A stretch of DNA of 23,700 nucleotides. Source: an uncultured virus (IMG/VR IMGVR_UViG_3300014205_000203). Its lineage: Duplodnaviria > Heunggongvirae > Uroviricota > Caudoviricetes. Both the position numbers and the translations under genes were made by a program. Of this stretch, positions 8,288-16,827 are shown piece by piece (the stretch's first letter is position 1; every line of letters begins with the position of its first letter). A model generated the notes under the pieces. That model saw only the letters and a list, made by a program, of their open reading frames with translations, was not told where the DNA came from and ran no database searches. The stretch lies in IMG/VR virus record IMGVR_UViG_3300014205_000203. One strand, given 5' to 3'.

Positions 8288-8623
8288 TTAATAGTCTAAG
8301 GAGCCATCGGGATAATCTTCTTCATCTTCATCTACTTCATTGGATGTTATTTCATCCCAGCAATTATCACAATAACCATTGTTTGTAAATTCCATTCCAG
8401 TACCAGCTATAAATTCTCCGCATCCCATACAATACCCTTCTTCTTGTGCGTGTTCTGCACACAGGTATTCAATTTCATCTTCTTCAAATTGTTTCGTTTC
8501 ATTGTTATACTCACCAGGTAGGCGACAAGCAAAACCTACGTGGGAACAACCTTCATTTTCGCAAATGTGGTCGCCTTCATTTTTTTCTGGCAAATTATCC
8601 CAATCTATTATATCCGGGTCCAT
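8288..8623 (-). CDS. Acidic Cys-rich (zinc-finger-like) protein
   Basis: CxxxxC, CxxH and two CxxC motifs; very D/E-rich. Confidence 0.75.
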   Translation of the reverse strand: MDPDIIDWDNLPEKNEGDHICENEGCSHVGFACRLPGEYNNETKQFEEDEIEYLCAEHAQEEGYCMGCGEFIAGTGMEFTNNGYCDNCWDEITSNEVDEDEEDYPDGSLDY

Positions 8624-8625
8624 CG

Positions 8626-9573
8626 TTACTTTTTATTCCATGATACATTCCAGTTAACACCTGCAGCACTTTCCGCATCTGCACCACCAGCTTCTTCAAC
8701 AATTATACTGTGCATGGCATTACAAAGTGCATTTACAACTTTGATCATTGTTACATTATCAAAGCCAGAGCATATAAGGGATGCTGTTTTTGTCTTTCCC
8801 CTGTAAGACATTTCAATTTTTACTTCCATGTTGTTGTTTTTATCGGGTTCTACCCACATATTTTTAAAATCCTGAAAGGTGTCGTATTTCATTCCTGCTA
8901 TTGGATGGGCTGCTCGGGCCTCATTCCAAACATTTTCCATACACTGATAAATTTTTTCTTGCACCAATGTATCAATTTGTTTTTCGTACTTATCAAGAAT
9001 TTTGTGCAACTCCTTCCAATGATCTTTTGCTACTTTAACCGTATGTTCATCCCAACCGTTTATAACCTCGGTAATGGCTTGTTCAATTTTTAATTTATAC
9101 TTCACTAAGTCAATCGGGGCAGATGGGCTGAATTGATAGTGTGTATAATGTGGAGTGATACCAATAAGACCACTTACAGTAATTGTTTTCTTTGGGCGAA
9201 TAGTTTTATTTTTTTCAATTTCTACAGCTTCAAAAACTGGATTTGGTAGTTCAGACCTATACTTAATTGAAAAGTCAATATCCTTTATAAATTTTTTACC
9301 ATTACTTTCACTACCCAAAAAGTAACAAGAAAGAAATTGCCCTTCGCTGTTTTTTAATTTTCTATTGGCAATATTAAAAGTGTAAACTTCTGGAGGATCT
9401 GGCTTTACTTCTTCAAACCAATCGGGATTGCCTTTTATAAAATCATTACTCCATTCATAATGAACGCTTCCATTAGCATTACGAAAACCATAAGACAAGC
9501 CGCTCATTGGTTTTATCACATCATCTTTGCTCATTCCGGCAAGTTCAAATTTCAGGCGATAATTATTTTCCAT
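8626..9573 (-). CDS. Hypothetical phage protein
   Basis: 315-aa ORF contiguous in the operon; no motif recognised. Confidence 0.75.
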   Translation of the reverse strand: MENNYRLKFELAGMSKDDVIKPMSGLSYGFRNANGSVHYEWSNDFIKGNPDWFEEVKPDPPEVYTFNIANRKLKNSEGQFLSCYFLGSESNGKKFIKDIDFSIKYRSELPNPVFEAVEIEKNKTIRPKKTITVSGLIGITPHYTHYQFSPSAPIDLVKYKLKIEQAITEVINGWDEHTVKVAKDHWKELHKILDKYEKQIDTLVQEKIYQCMENVWNEARAAHPIAGMKYDTFQDFKNMWVEPDKNNNMEVKIEMSYRGKTKTASLICSGFDNVTMIKVVNALCNAMHSIIVEEAGGADAESAAGVNWNVSWNKK

Positions 9574-10456
9574 TTTTAGGTTGTATTTTATCAGTTAGTA
9601 ATAATCCTCCAATGTGTTCAACAAGGCAGATAATGTAGCTGTATTCTTTATCCTGAAAATTGGTGATATACAGACAGGCTTTGTTGAAGCAGTATAAAAT
9701 ATCATCCTCCTTTAGCTTCCTACCAAAATCCCGGTCAACCATACGGTTTGAATGAGCAACACGATAAGGGAGATACTTTTTCTTTTGGGCATTTCGGTTT
9801 AGTTGGCTTCTTTCTGCTTCCAATCGTTCCATTTCCCTTTGTATTTCATCGGTACGAACTGATTTAGCAAGGCTCTCAATATGTTCCTTTATTCTTTCGC
9901 TTTTTTGAGCAATGTTGCTGGAACTTTCATCCCACTTTGATATCAGTAGAATACCTCCTTTTGATTTTGTAAGTTTATTACCACTTTCAGAATCTAACTC
10001 ACCATCTTCTTCAAAGCATGGTACATTTTTAAGGAAGACAAAATTTGGATGCGGCATAATGGTTTTACCATCATAGAATCCACGCAGGTTAATATTATCA
10101 ACGGCGTAGTAATTATAATCTTCATCTTCAAAAACCCAGTACTGTGCCTGGGCATCTTTGCTGGTGGTATGCGTTTCAATGGTATGGTGGAAAATTAAAG
10201 TCATTCCCACTTCGCATTTTTCCCAGCCATAGATACCTTCTCCCTTTTGATATTTTGAATAATCATCGGTGCCACGCACAGCTTCCCCGATTTGTACTAT
10301 TTCCCCACACTCCATGTTTCTGGTATTGTGGGTGTGCATTATCGGCATAAAGAAGGGGCTATCCTTTGCTATTTTTTCTTTAAATTCTTGCTGCTCTTTT
10401 TTGTTGATCTTAACAAGGAACAACCACGGCATTATTGTAAATTCTTTAGGCTTCAT
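9563..10456 (-). CDS. Tandem GroES-like (co-chaperonin-like) protein
   Basis: Repeat 1: 'IMPWLFLVKI...GEIVQIGEAV...CEVGMTLIF'. Repeat 2: 'IMPHPNFVFLK...TKSKGGILL...LKEDDILY', compared with GroES 'PLHDRVIVK..TKSAGGIVL'. Confidence 0.6.
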   Translation of the reverse strand: MKPKEFTIMPWLFLVKINKKEQQEFKEKIAKDSPFFMPIMHTHNTRNMECGEIVQIGEAVRGTDDYSKYQKGEGIYGWEKCEVGMTLIFHHTIETHTTSKDAQAQYWVFEDEDYNYYAVDNINLRGFYDGKTIMPHPNFVFLKNVPCFEEDGELDSESGNKLTKSKGGILLISKWDESSSNIAQKSERIKEHIESLAKSVRTDEIQREMERLEAERSQLNRNAQKKKYLPYRVAHSNRMVDRDFGRKLKEDDILYCFNKACLYITNFQDKEYSYIICLVEHIGGLLLTDKIQPKNGK

Positions 10457-12137
10457 GTTGTATTTGAGTTTTCTTTTTTAGTATTGCTTCTGCCATCATT
10501 TTTATTCTGCTATCATCTGTGTACTGTTCTCCCATTGGCAAGTCTGGATTAACGATACTATGTGCCTGTGATGATTTTAAACCCAGTACATTCAACAATG
10601 GAGGGTCGCTGCCATCATCAATTACAAGGTAGAAAAAAGTAACTGGCTTTGTCTGTCCGGGGCGGTCTATCCTTCCTCCCAATTGCTTATGAACCTGGGG
10701 GGAATAGTCAAGTTCTCCAACAACCAAATTACAGCACCTTTCCTGTAAACCATCAATACCCAGTCCTGACCTGTTGGATATGATCATTAAATTTGTTTTG
10801 CCTCCTACAAAAGAAGCAATCGATTCGTTTTTTACTTTAACGCTTTCGGTTCCTGTGTACCATACTGGATTATATTCTTTCAATGCTTCGGCCCAAATTG
10901 CATAAACGTCACGGTGCCAGCCGGAAAGTAACACGGGCTCTCCGTTATCCAAAAGGATTTTACAAAATTCAGCCACATATCTTGCTTTGGCAATGCCGGT
11001 TACTCTGCGAAGCCTCATATCCAATTCTCTTGCAGCTTCACCACGTTCAGTAAATGAACCGGTTGTAACACGCATAGCCAGCATCAACATTAGATCATGC
11101 TCCTTATCTACTTCGGTCTGGTCGTATTCAATTTCGTGGATGATGGTATTTACTTTTGGCATCTCCATTCCAACTTCTTCACGGTTCCGGCGAAGGAATA
11201 AATAGTTATCACGCAGGTAGGTGCCCAATGCTTTGCCATCATTCACTTTGTACTTATTATTTCCAATGGGAGTACACCATTCCCGTATAAAATCATCGTA
11301 TTTGCCCAGGCACCCGGGTTTCAATACATTCAGGATGATAAATATTTCATTGCCGTAGTTGTAAATCGGCGTAGCGGAAAGCCCCAGTGATCGGGTAACA
11401 GATTTGCATATCTGAACTGCAGCCATCCACTTGTTTGTACCGGAGTGCCTTAGTTCGGCCATTTCATCGAATACAGCATACTTAAAAAAGCCACTTCCAA
11501 AAAAATCTATCCAGCCTTGCAATTTTGAATAGGCGAAGATGTAAATATCCGCATGAGGTAACGTATAGGCTTTTCTGGTCTTTATAACATGAACGCTGTA
11601 ATAAGTGAACTTCGCAATTTGATCTACCCAGTGCTTTACTAAATGGGTTTGGCAAACAACAAGAGCCGGAAGACTGCCGGGATTTGAAAAGCCCAGGATG
11701 GCGCTTACAGTTTTTCCCAACCCGAGATCATCCCCGAGAAGATAACTGCTAACCTTCATCAATAACTGGTTTGCCTTTATCTGGTATGGCCGTGCCTCTG
11801 AATTTATGATGCCTTTAAGCAGAACTGGGGATGGATGGTAGTCTGGTAGTAGTATTTCTTCTACATCAGCAACATACTTCAAATTTTCTTGATAGCCGGT
11901 TTCTATTTTCTTTAAATCGGCATCCGATATTTCAAATGGGTATCGCTCCATGAACCAGCGAAGATCCGTTGCCGTTTCTGCAGAGTTGGTAAAGAAGAAA
12001 GGGACAACATCTGTCTTATGAATTTTCGGAAAAATTGATTTCAGCTTAATACAGATATGCGGCTGGGCCTCCGTTATAACCCATTCGTTCTTTTTTTTGT
12101 CAAAAAGTAGTTTACCGTATGTTTTTCTTAAAGCCAT
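10446..12137 (-). CDS. SNF2-family (SF2) helicase/ATPase
   Basis: Q motif 'RPYQ', Walker A 'GDDLGLGKT', Walker B 'FDEM', motif III 'SATP' and motif VI 'QLGGRIDRPGQ'. Confidence 0.93.
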   Translation of the reverse strand: MALRKTYGKLLFDKKKNEWVITEAQPHICIKLKSIFPKIHKTDVVPFFFTNSAETATDLRWFMERYPFEISDADLKKIETGYQENLKYVADVEEILLPDYHPSPVLLKGIINSEARPYQIKANQLLMKVSSYLLGDDLGLGKTVSAILGFSNPGSLPALVVCQTHLVKHWVDQIAKFTYYSVHVIKTRKAYTLPHADIYIFAYSKLQGWIDFFGSGFFKYAVFDEMAELRHSGTNKWMAAVQICKSVTRSLGLSATPIYNYGNEIFIILNVLKPGCLGKYDDFIREWCTPIGNNKYKVNDGKALGTYLRDNYLFLRRNREEVGMEMPKVNTIIHEIEYDQTEVDKEHDLMLMLAMRVTTGSFTERGEAARELDMRLRRVTGIAKARYVAEFCKILLDNGEPVLLSGWHRDVYAIWAEALKEYNPVWYTGTESVKVKNESIASFVGGKTNLMIISNRSGLGIDGLQERCCNLVVGELDYSPQVHKQLGGRIDRPGQTKPVTFFYLVIDDGSDPPLLNVLGLKSSQAHSIVNPDLPMGEQYTDDSRIKMMAEAILKKKTQIQHEA

Positions 12138-12505
12138 CCAGCGCCTATGTTTATTTGGTATGCGTTTTTGTCATTTATTTTTGATGGCAGTACAATATTT
12201 CTATTGGTAAGTAGAATTATTGTTTCTACCCTGTCAAATCCTGTGTACCGTTGAAGCTGCCTGAAAATATCCAATGCTCCACCTTTAATTTTAACCTCAA
12301 TGCAGATATTACCTACCATAAAATCTGGAATATTTTTTTTGTCTTCGTCCAGAATACATTCCCGTTCAAATTCATACTTCTTTTCAATTAACTTTTGCTC
12401 CAATTGGGCCTGAACGTCCTTTTCATTGGTAATATCAAACCTCATTTTTTTAATCAACTCAATAAGAGAATGAATACAAACAGGATTGTCGTTATTTACT
12501 TCCAT
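12128..12505 (-). CDS. PD-(D/E)XK endonuclease-like protein
   Basis: 'E..IPDFMVGNICIEVK...QLQRY' motif; lies directly upstream of the SNF2 helicase. Confidence 0.8.
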   Translation of the reverse strand: MEVNNDNPVCIHSLIELIKKMRFDITNEKDVQAQLEQKLIEKKYEFERECILDEDKKNIPDFMVGNICIEVKIKGGALDIFRQLQRYTGFDRVETIILLTNRNIVLPSKINDKNAYQINIGAGWL

Positions 12506-12714
12506 TAGTCTTGCATTTTATCAACTGGTACATGAAGTTTAAACACCCCTTTTCTATCGAAATAATCCCAGCCGCCTTTATCGTCATTCCATTTACCGGC
12601 AACCGCTGATAGATCACTGCTGCCACATTCACAGACAGCCTTTTTTATATTCTTTCCTTGTAAGGGAACTAAGGAAGAACAGGTATTGCAAAAAGCTGCT
12701 GGCATTATTTTCAT
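12505..12714 (-). CDS. Small zinc-ribbon protein
   Basis: CNTC...CECG motif in 69 aa. Confidence 0.7.
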   Translation of the reverse strand: MKIMPAAFCNTCSSLVPLQGKNIKKAVCECGSSDLSAVAGKWNDDKGGWDYFDRKGVFKLHVPVDKMQD

Positions 12715-12736
12715 TGGGATTCGTGGAACGTTTTAA

Positions 12737-13279
12737 TTACTTTTTTTCCTTTAATTTTTCATATTCAGAATCCAAAATTTCGATCATATCTTTTATAGGC
12801 TTGTACTGTTTACCAGTATTGTCAGTATCAATCAAAATGAAGTCTTTTTTAATTGAAAGTGCATAGCCATTTATAAACCTGATACCACTTCCGTTGAAAC
12901 TATTGTCCTGGTACATTCCAGCGAATTTAATTATATCGTTAACGTCGCTTCTATCAACTGTTGGAAGATCAGCGATACTTTTAAGCAATTCCTTATTGCT
13001 CTTATCGGATTTTGGAAATATCCAATTGGTTGAAAGCCTCTCCATAGCTTTCCATCCAACTGGTAATTGATCTTTGTTGCTGATGTATTTATCAACCTGA
13101 AAAGCATTGATACTGCCAGCAGCATAGCGATTGGGAGAAGATGTGCCAGTAATTTTGAAGCCCGGTAATTTTATTTTATCGGCAAGTTGTTTTCTGGCTT
13201 TATTAGCATCTTTTAGCCTTTTATCAAGTTTAATAAACTCGTCAAAAAGTGGGGTTCCTTTTAATACTTTGAATTTCAT
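12737..13279 (-). CDS. Hypothetical phage protein
   Basis: 180-aa Lys-rich ORF in the operon. Confidence 0.75.
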   Translation of the reverse strand: MKFKVLKGTPLFDEFIKLDKRLKDANKARKQLADKIKLPGFKITGTSSPNRYAAGSINAFQVDKYISNKDQLPVGWKAMERLSTNWIFPKSDKSNKELLKSIADLPTVDRSDVNDIIKFAGMYQDNSFNGSGIRFINGYALSIKKDFILIDTDNTGKQYKPIKDMIEILDSEYEKLKEKK

Positions 13280-13291
13280 AATGCGTAGTTT

Positions 13292-13588
13292 TTATTGTTT
13301 GTATTTTGTTACTCCTATGAATTGCATAACCAAATCCAGTTCTTCTTTTTGCTTTAAATTTCCATAAAAATGCGTTTCAGAATTTTCCCAAATGTTGCAA
13401 TGGTTATCTTTAGGCACACAGTTTATCATTATTACATCAAAAGAAATATCTTCTCCCATTCCAAAACCAACACTCATGATGTGATAATCAAAACCTTCAG
13501 CTTCGTAAATAAAAGATTTCATATTATCACCTTTAGAGCCGGGATGCATTTCCTTCCAACCAAGTTCAAATATTTCTTCGTTTGTCAT
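13292..13588 (-). CDS. Hypothetical phage protein
   Basis: 98-aa ORF with an ATGA overlap to the upstream gene. Confidence 0.75.
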   Translation of the reverse strand: MTNEEIFELGWKEMHPGSKGDNMKSFIYEAEGFDYHIMSVGFGMGEDISFDVIMINCVPKDNHCNIWENSETHFYGNLKQKEELDLVMQFIGVTKYKQ

Positions 13589-14382
13589 ACTGATTGCAGG
13601 TTTTTAGTGTGAAAATCCGTTACCGCTGTGCTTCCAGTTCCAGTTATTTCATACTCCGGTATTCGTACAGCCGGGTTTCGTTCAATTAATAGCTTTTCAA
13701 TCAATCTTTTAATTGATGCAGTGATCAAAGTTTTCTTATAAACCCCTGCAAAATAGTTATCCAATGTTCCACGGTTCACATATCTGGCCCCAGCATCATA
13801 CAGGTACATCAAAATGTTTAAATCCAAATCCCCGATATCACTAACACCCCTTACAGATTTCATTGCCATATTCTGAACCAGAGCCAGCTTGTTGACCATT
13901 TTTGCGTAATCCTGGGCTTCTGCAATGTTATCTGCATCTGGTATGGCATCTTTCCAGGTATTAATGAAGTGCCCTACCCTGTGAAAGTCCATATTGAGCA
14001 AATACCCGTCAGAATGGGTTAAATTAGCCATCATATTGAGGAAATTAACCACTTTCCTGTCGTTTAACATCACCACTTTGATACTGGATGCCTCGGTAAG
14101 CTGCTGGGCTTTGGTCAAATCCTTAATTTTTTCGTACCATTCCTTACGTTTCCAGTCTGTCGGGTGAATTTCAAGGGTATAGGAAATGCCAATCTTAGCA
14201 AATAGGATGGCTTTTTCATCCAATGTCATTTGACCAACGTAGTGCCGGGCCTTTCTTGCTGTTTTGGTAGCCCTCAATTCTTTTGCTGTCAATAGATGTA
14301 CCTTATCTGGCTGGGACAGGTGAAACAAAGCATCAAAAGCCAGTTCGTTTATTATGGGATTATGGATAACCGTTTTTCTCAT
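13585..14382 (-). CDS. Protein with C-terminal winged-helix (MarR-like) domain
   Basis: 'DLDLNILMYLY...KTLITASIKRLIEKLLIER...YEITGTG' is a wHTH pattern; it is the first gene after a predicted promoter. Confidence 0.65.
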   Translation of the reverse strand: MRKTVIHNPIINELAFDALFHLSQPDKVHLLTAKELRATKTARKARHYVGQMTLDEKAILFAKIGISYTLEIHPTDWKRKEWYEKIKDLTKAQQLTEASSIKVVMLNDRKVVNFLNMMANLTHSDGYLLNMDFHRVGHFINTWKDAIPDADNIAEAQDYAKMVNKLALVQNMAMKSVRGVSDIGDLDLNILMYLYDAGARYVNRGTLDNYFAGVYKKTLITASIKRLIEKLLIERNPAVRIPEYEITGTGSTAVTDFHTKNLQSV

Positions 14383-14414
14383 TAATGCTGGTGTCGTTTT
14401 TTTTGTAGCCGATA

Positions 14415-14422
14415 CAAATGTA
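14415..14422 (-). promoter_or_regulatory. Bacteroidota sigma70-type -7 promoter element (leftward)
   Basis: TACATTTG on the - strand fits TAnnTTTG, about 30 nt upstream of the ATG at 14382. Confidence 0.6.
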
Positions 14423-14428
14423 AAGTAT

Positions 14429-14436
14429 TAACTTTG
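14429..14436 (+). promoter_or_regulatory. Bacteroidota sigma70-type -7 promoter element (rightward)
   Basis: TAACTTTG fits TAnnTTTG; a TTTG at 14402-14405 is a possible -33 element. It lies upstream of the HTH gene at 14465. Confidence 0.6.
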
Positions 14437-14464
14437 GAACCGATACAGAAAAATATTTTTTTTT

Positions 14465-14677
14465 ATGCCGTTACATGAAATTTTACTTAACCACTTCAAA
14501 ATCAATAAAGTAAAAGTTATAAAAGCTGCCGAATATATTAACGTAACCCGAGATCATTTATATAAGATGCTCCGGGGTGAACGCCCCATTACGGATTCAA
14601 ACAGAATAAAACTGAACGCATATTTAAACACTACTTTTGAATTTGATAAGGAAGAAAGTACTTCCGATGCTCCATAA
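14465..14677 (+). CDS. XRE/Cro-like helix-turn-helix regulator
   Basis: 'KVIKAAEYINVTRDHLYKMLRGERPIT' HTH in 70 aa, with its own predicted promoter. Confidence 0.8.
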   Translation: MPLHEILLNHFKINKVKVIKAAEYINVTRDHLYKMLRGERPITDSNRIKLNAYLNTTFEFDKEESTSDAP

Positions 14678-15266
14678 ATTTGCCAGAATTGTCGCTTATT
14701 CCATCAATACAGCCGCAAATAAGTGGGTATCTTACCTTGTAAACAGGCTTTCTATCCAATGCTTTTTCAATTGATTCCAGTCCGTTAATTCCAAACCATC
14801 GATCAATGTTTCTATCCTCGTCAGCAGCTAAAAAAGTATCGTAAAAGCGTTCATGCACAGCAAAGAAAAATGTACCACTCCAATTGGAAACTCGTTTAAC
14901 ATTTGGTTCATTCAGGTAGTTCCACTGTTCGTCAATAACGCCGCCAGAGATACCGCCGAAGTATAGGTCAAAGTTTTTGGGCATGTCTTTTAAAAATAGG
15001 TTCCAACTTTCGGGACAGGTCAGGCTAAAATCATCATCGGCAATTATCACATACGGCATATTGCTATTCTTAGCAAACTCAACTACTTTTTTGTATGCCC
15101 GGCTGATGCCGGTAAACGGTTTCCCTTCCACAATGATACCGGGCCAGACGGAGGCATTTATTTTATGCTCAATAATCTGTTTCATAAAGGATGCCCTGCG
15201 ATCTTTGCGCCTGTCCAGGTGAATAATATTTAGCCAGCCAGTAGTATTTTTTAATTCTTCGTCCAT
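14631..15266 (-). CDS. Glycosyltransferase, GT25-like
   Basis: 'IIHLDRRKDRR' N-terminal motif, 'GISRAY', 'YVIIADDDF', 'FDLYFGG' and 'NIDRWF'. Confidence 0.8.
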   Translation of the reverse strand: MDEELKNTTGWLNIIHLDRRKDRRASFMKQIIEHKINASVWPGIIVEGKPFTGISRAYKKVVEFAKNSNMPYVIIADDDFSLTCPESWNLFLKDMPKNFDLYFGGISGGVIDEQWNYLNEPNVKRVSNWSGTFFFAVHERFYDTFLAADEDRNIDRWFGINGLESIEKALDRKPVYKVRYPLICGCIDGISDNSGKFMEHRKYFLPYQIQK

Positions 15267-16822
15267 GCCCAGGTTTTTACGTATTGTTGTAATTGGTAAT
15301 CGTTAAGTTCTCTCATTTGGTATAGTTCCTGCCAGTTATTATTGAAGTGGGGATTTTTTTCTGAACTGTCAATGGAAATAAAATGATCAATGTGGTAAAG
15401 AACTCCCTTAACTTTTACCACACGGTAGCCCAGTCTGGAAAATCTCTCAAACCTTTCTACATCTTCCGGCGCATAGGAAATCATCTTTTCATTTTCCATA
15501 CCTCCTTCAATGAATTTTTCTTTTCTCCATGCCATTGCGCCACCCACACTTTTGGCATCCGTGGGCCTCATGCCTTTAAACATTACGCCGCCAAAAATTC
15601 CTACATCAAGATCCTTTTCTAACTGCGATACCCAACTTCTTTGTACTCGGGCAAAGCGGCCATCATAAGGATAAACCATATCGGCTCTATTATCCCGGAG
15701 AAGTTGTATTGACCTTAGAACCTGCAATGGTGGCACTAAAACATCTGCATCCCAATTGTAAACAATTGGAGTTTCAACCATTACCATCATTGTGTTAAGC
15801 ATTTTGGTTCGGTGGAACTCCTTTAAATCTTTAAAGTTCATGTAGTCCACATTCGGCAGGTCCTTAAATTCTTCGCCGCCTTGTTCCCCTATCAATATTC
15901 GGCAGTTAAATTCCCGTTGCAGCATACAGATATTCAAAAGTAAATTGCTGCGCCGGTCTGGATGGTCGAAGAATACCGGGATGCAGAAAGTAACGTCCGG
16001 TAGATCAATTTTATTTATTTCTGTGTCTGTGTGGTCATACACAATCCAGTTGTGGGGGTAGTGGTCTTTAATGTTGCAGTTTTCAGCTTGTACCCCGGCA
16101 AAATGATGGGCTGGCCGCACCACTTTTGAATATGCCTTTTCGCCCAGGTAAGCGCCCCACCATGAAAAAGTACTGTTTGCAATAATGAAGTGGTCCATCT
16201 GCGACATTAAGCAAAGCTGCTCAATATCGGTTAAGCCATCAGCAAAAGAAACATTCTCTAAACATTCAAAATGAACTTTGCAATAGCTAAGATCATCACT
16301 AAAAACAACAACATTGAAGTTCTGCAGGTCCAGAAAGTTATTGTACAATGCGCCGATGTAGTAATTTATTGGAAGCAAGTAATGGTTTGCGTTACCAACG
16401 AAATCACCCCGGCGAATTGATACCGCTATTGTTGGCTTGTTAAAAACGTGGATGAATTTTTCTTTTACCGATCGGGAGAAGGCATGAGTAAAAGACATTC
16501 GCTCCTGAATATACTTTTGATCATTATCCCAATAAAAAGGAGATTGCAAATAGCCGTAAAGTATTGCATTGGAATTTTTAAAGGCTGGTGCAAACTTTTC
16601 AAAGTATTCTCCGGCATAATGAAAGTGTGGCTCATTGGCAACTATGGTTGCGGAATCACTCGGCAAAGTTTTTTCGGGAGGGTACATGAAAAACTGGGAG
16701 TAATGCCATTCGGGAACTTTAAATGTACATTCAAATTTTTTGCACATGCCAATCATAGCAGCCCATTGAAATAACTGGTTTCCCAGCCTTCCTAATTTTC
16801 CAAATTGTTTAAATAAAATCAT
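15251..16822 (-). CDS. Bifunctional glycosyltransferase: GT11 alpha-1,2-fucosyltransferase fused to a GT2/GT7-like domain
   Basis: GT11 motifs 'GRLGNQLFQWA', 'IRRGDF', 'VFSDD' and 'FIIANSTFSWWGAYL'. The C-terminal GT-A domain has the DxD 'WDADV' and 'GGAMAWRKEKFIEGGMENEKMISYAPEDVE' (GT7_C-like). Confidence 0.9.
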   Translation of the reverse strand: MILFKQFGKLGRLGNQLFQWAAMIGMCKKFECTFKVPEWHYSQFFMYPPEKTLPSDSATIVANEPHFHYAGEYFEKFAPAFKNSNAILYGYLQSPFYWDNDQKYIQERMSFTHAFSRSVKEKFIHVFNKPTIAVSIRRGDFVGNANHYLLPINYYIGALYNNFLDLQNFNVVVFSDDLSYCKVHFECLENVSFADGLTDIEQLCLMSQMDHFIIANSTFSWWGAYLGEKAYSKVVRPAHHFAGVQAENCNIKDHYPHNWIVYDHTDTEINKIDLPDVTFCIPVFFDHPDRRSNLLLNICMLQREFNCRILIGEQGGEEFKDLPNVDYMNFKDLKEFHRTKMLNTMMVMVETPIVYNWDADVLVPPLQVLRSIQLLRDNRADMVYPYDGRFARVQRSWVSQLEKDLDVGIFGGVMFKGMRPTDAKSVGGAMAWRKEKFIEGGMENEKMISYAPEDVERFERFSRLGYRVVKVKGVLYHIDHFISIDSSEKNPHFNNNWQELYQMRELNDYQLQQYVKTWAWTKN

Positions 16823-16827
16823 TGGCC

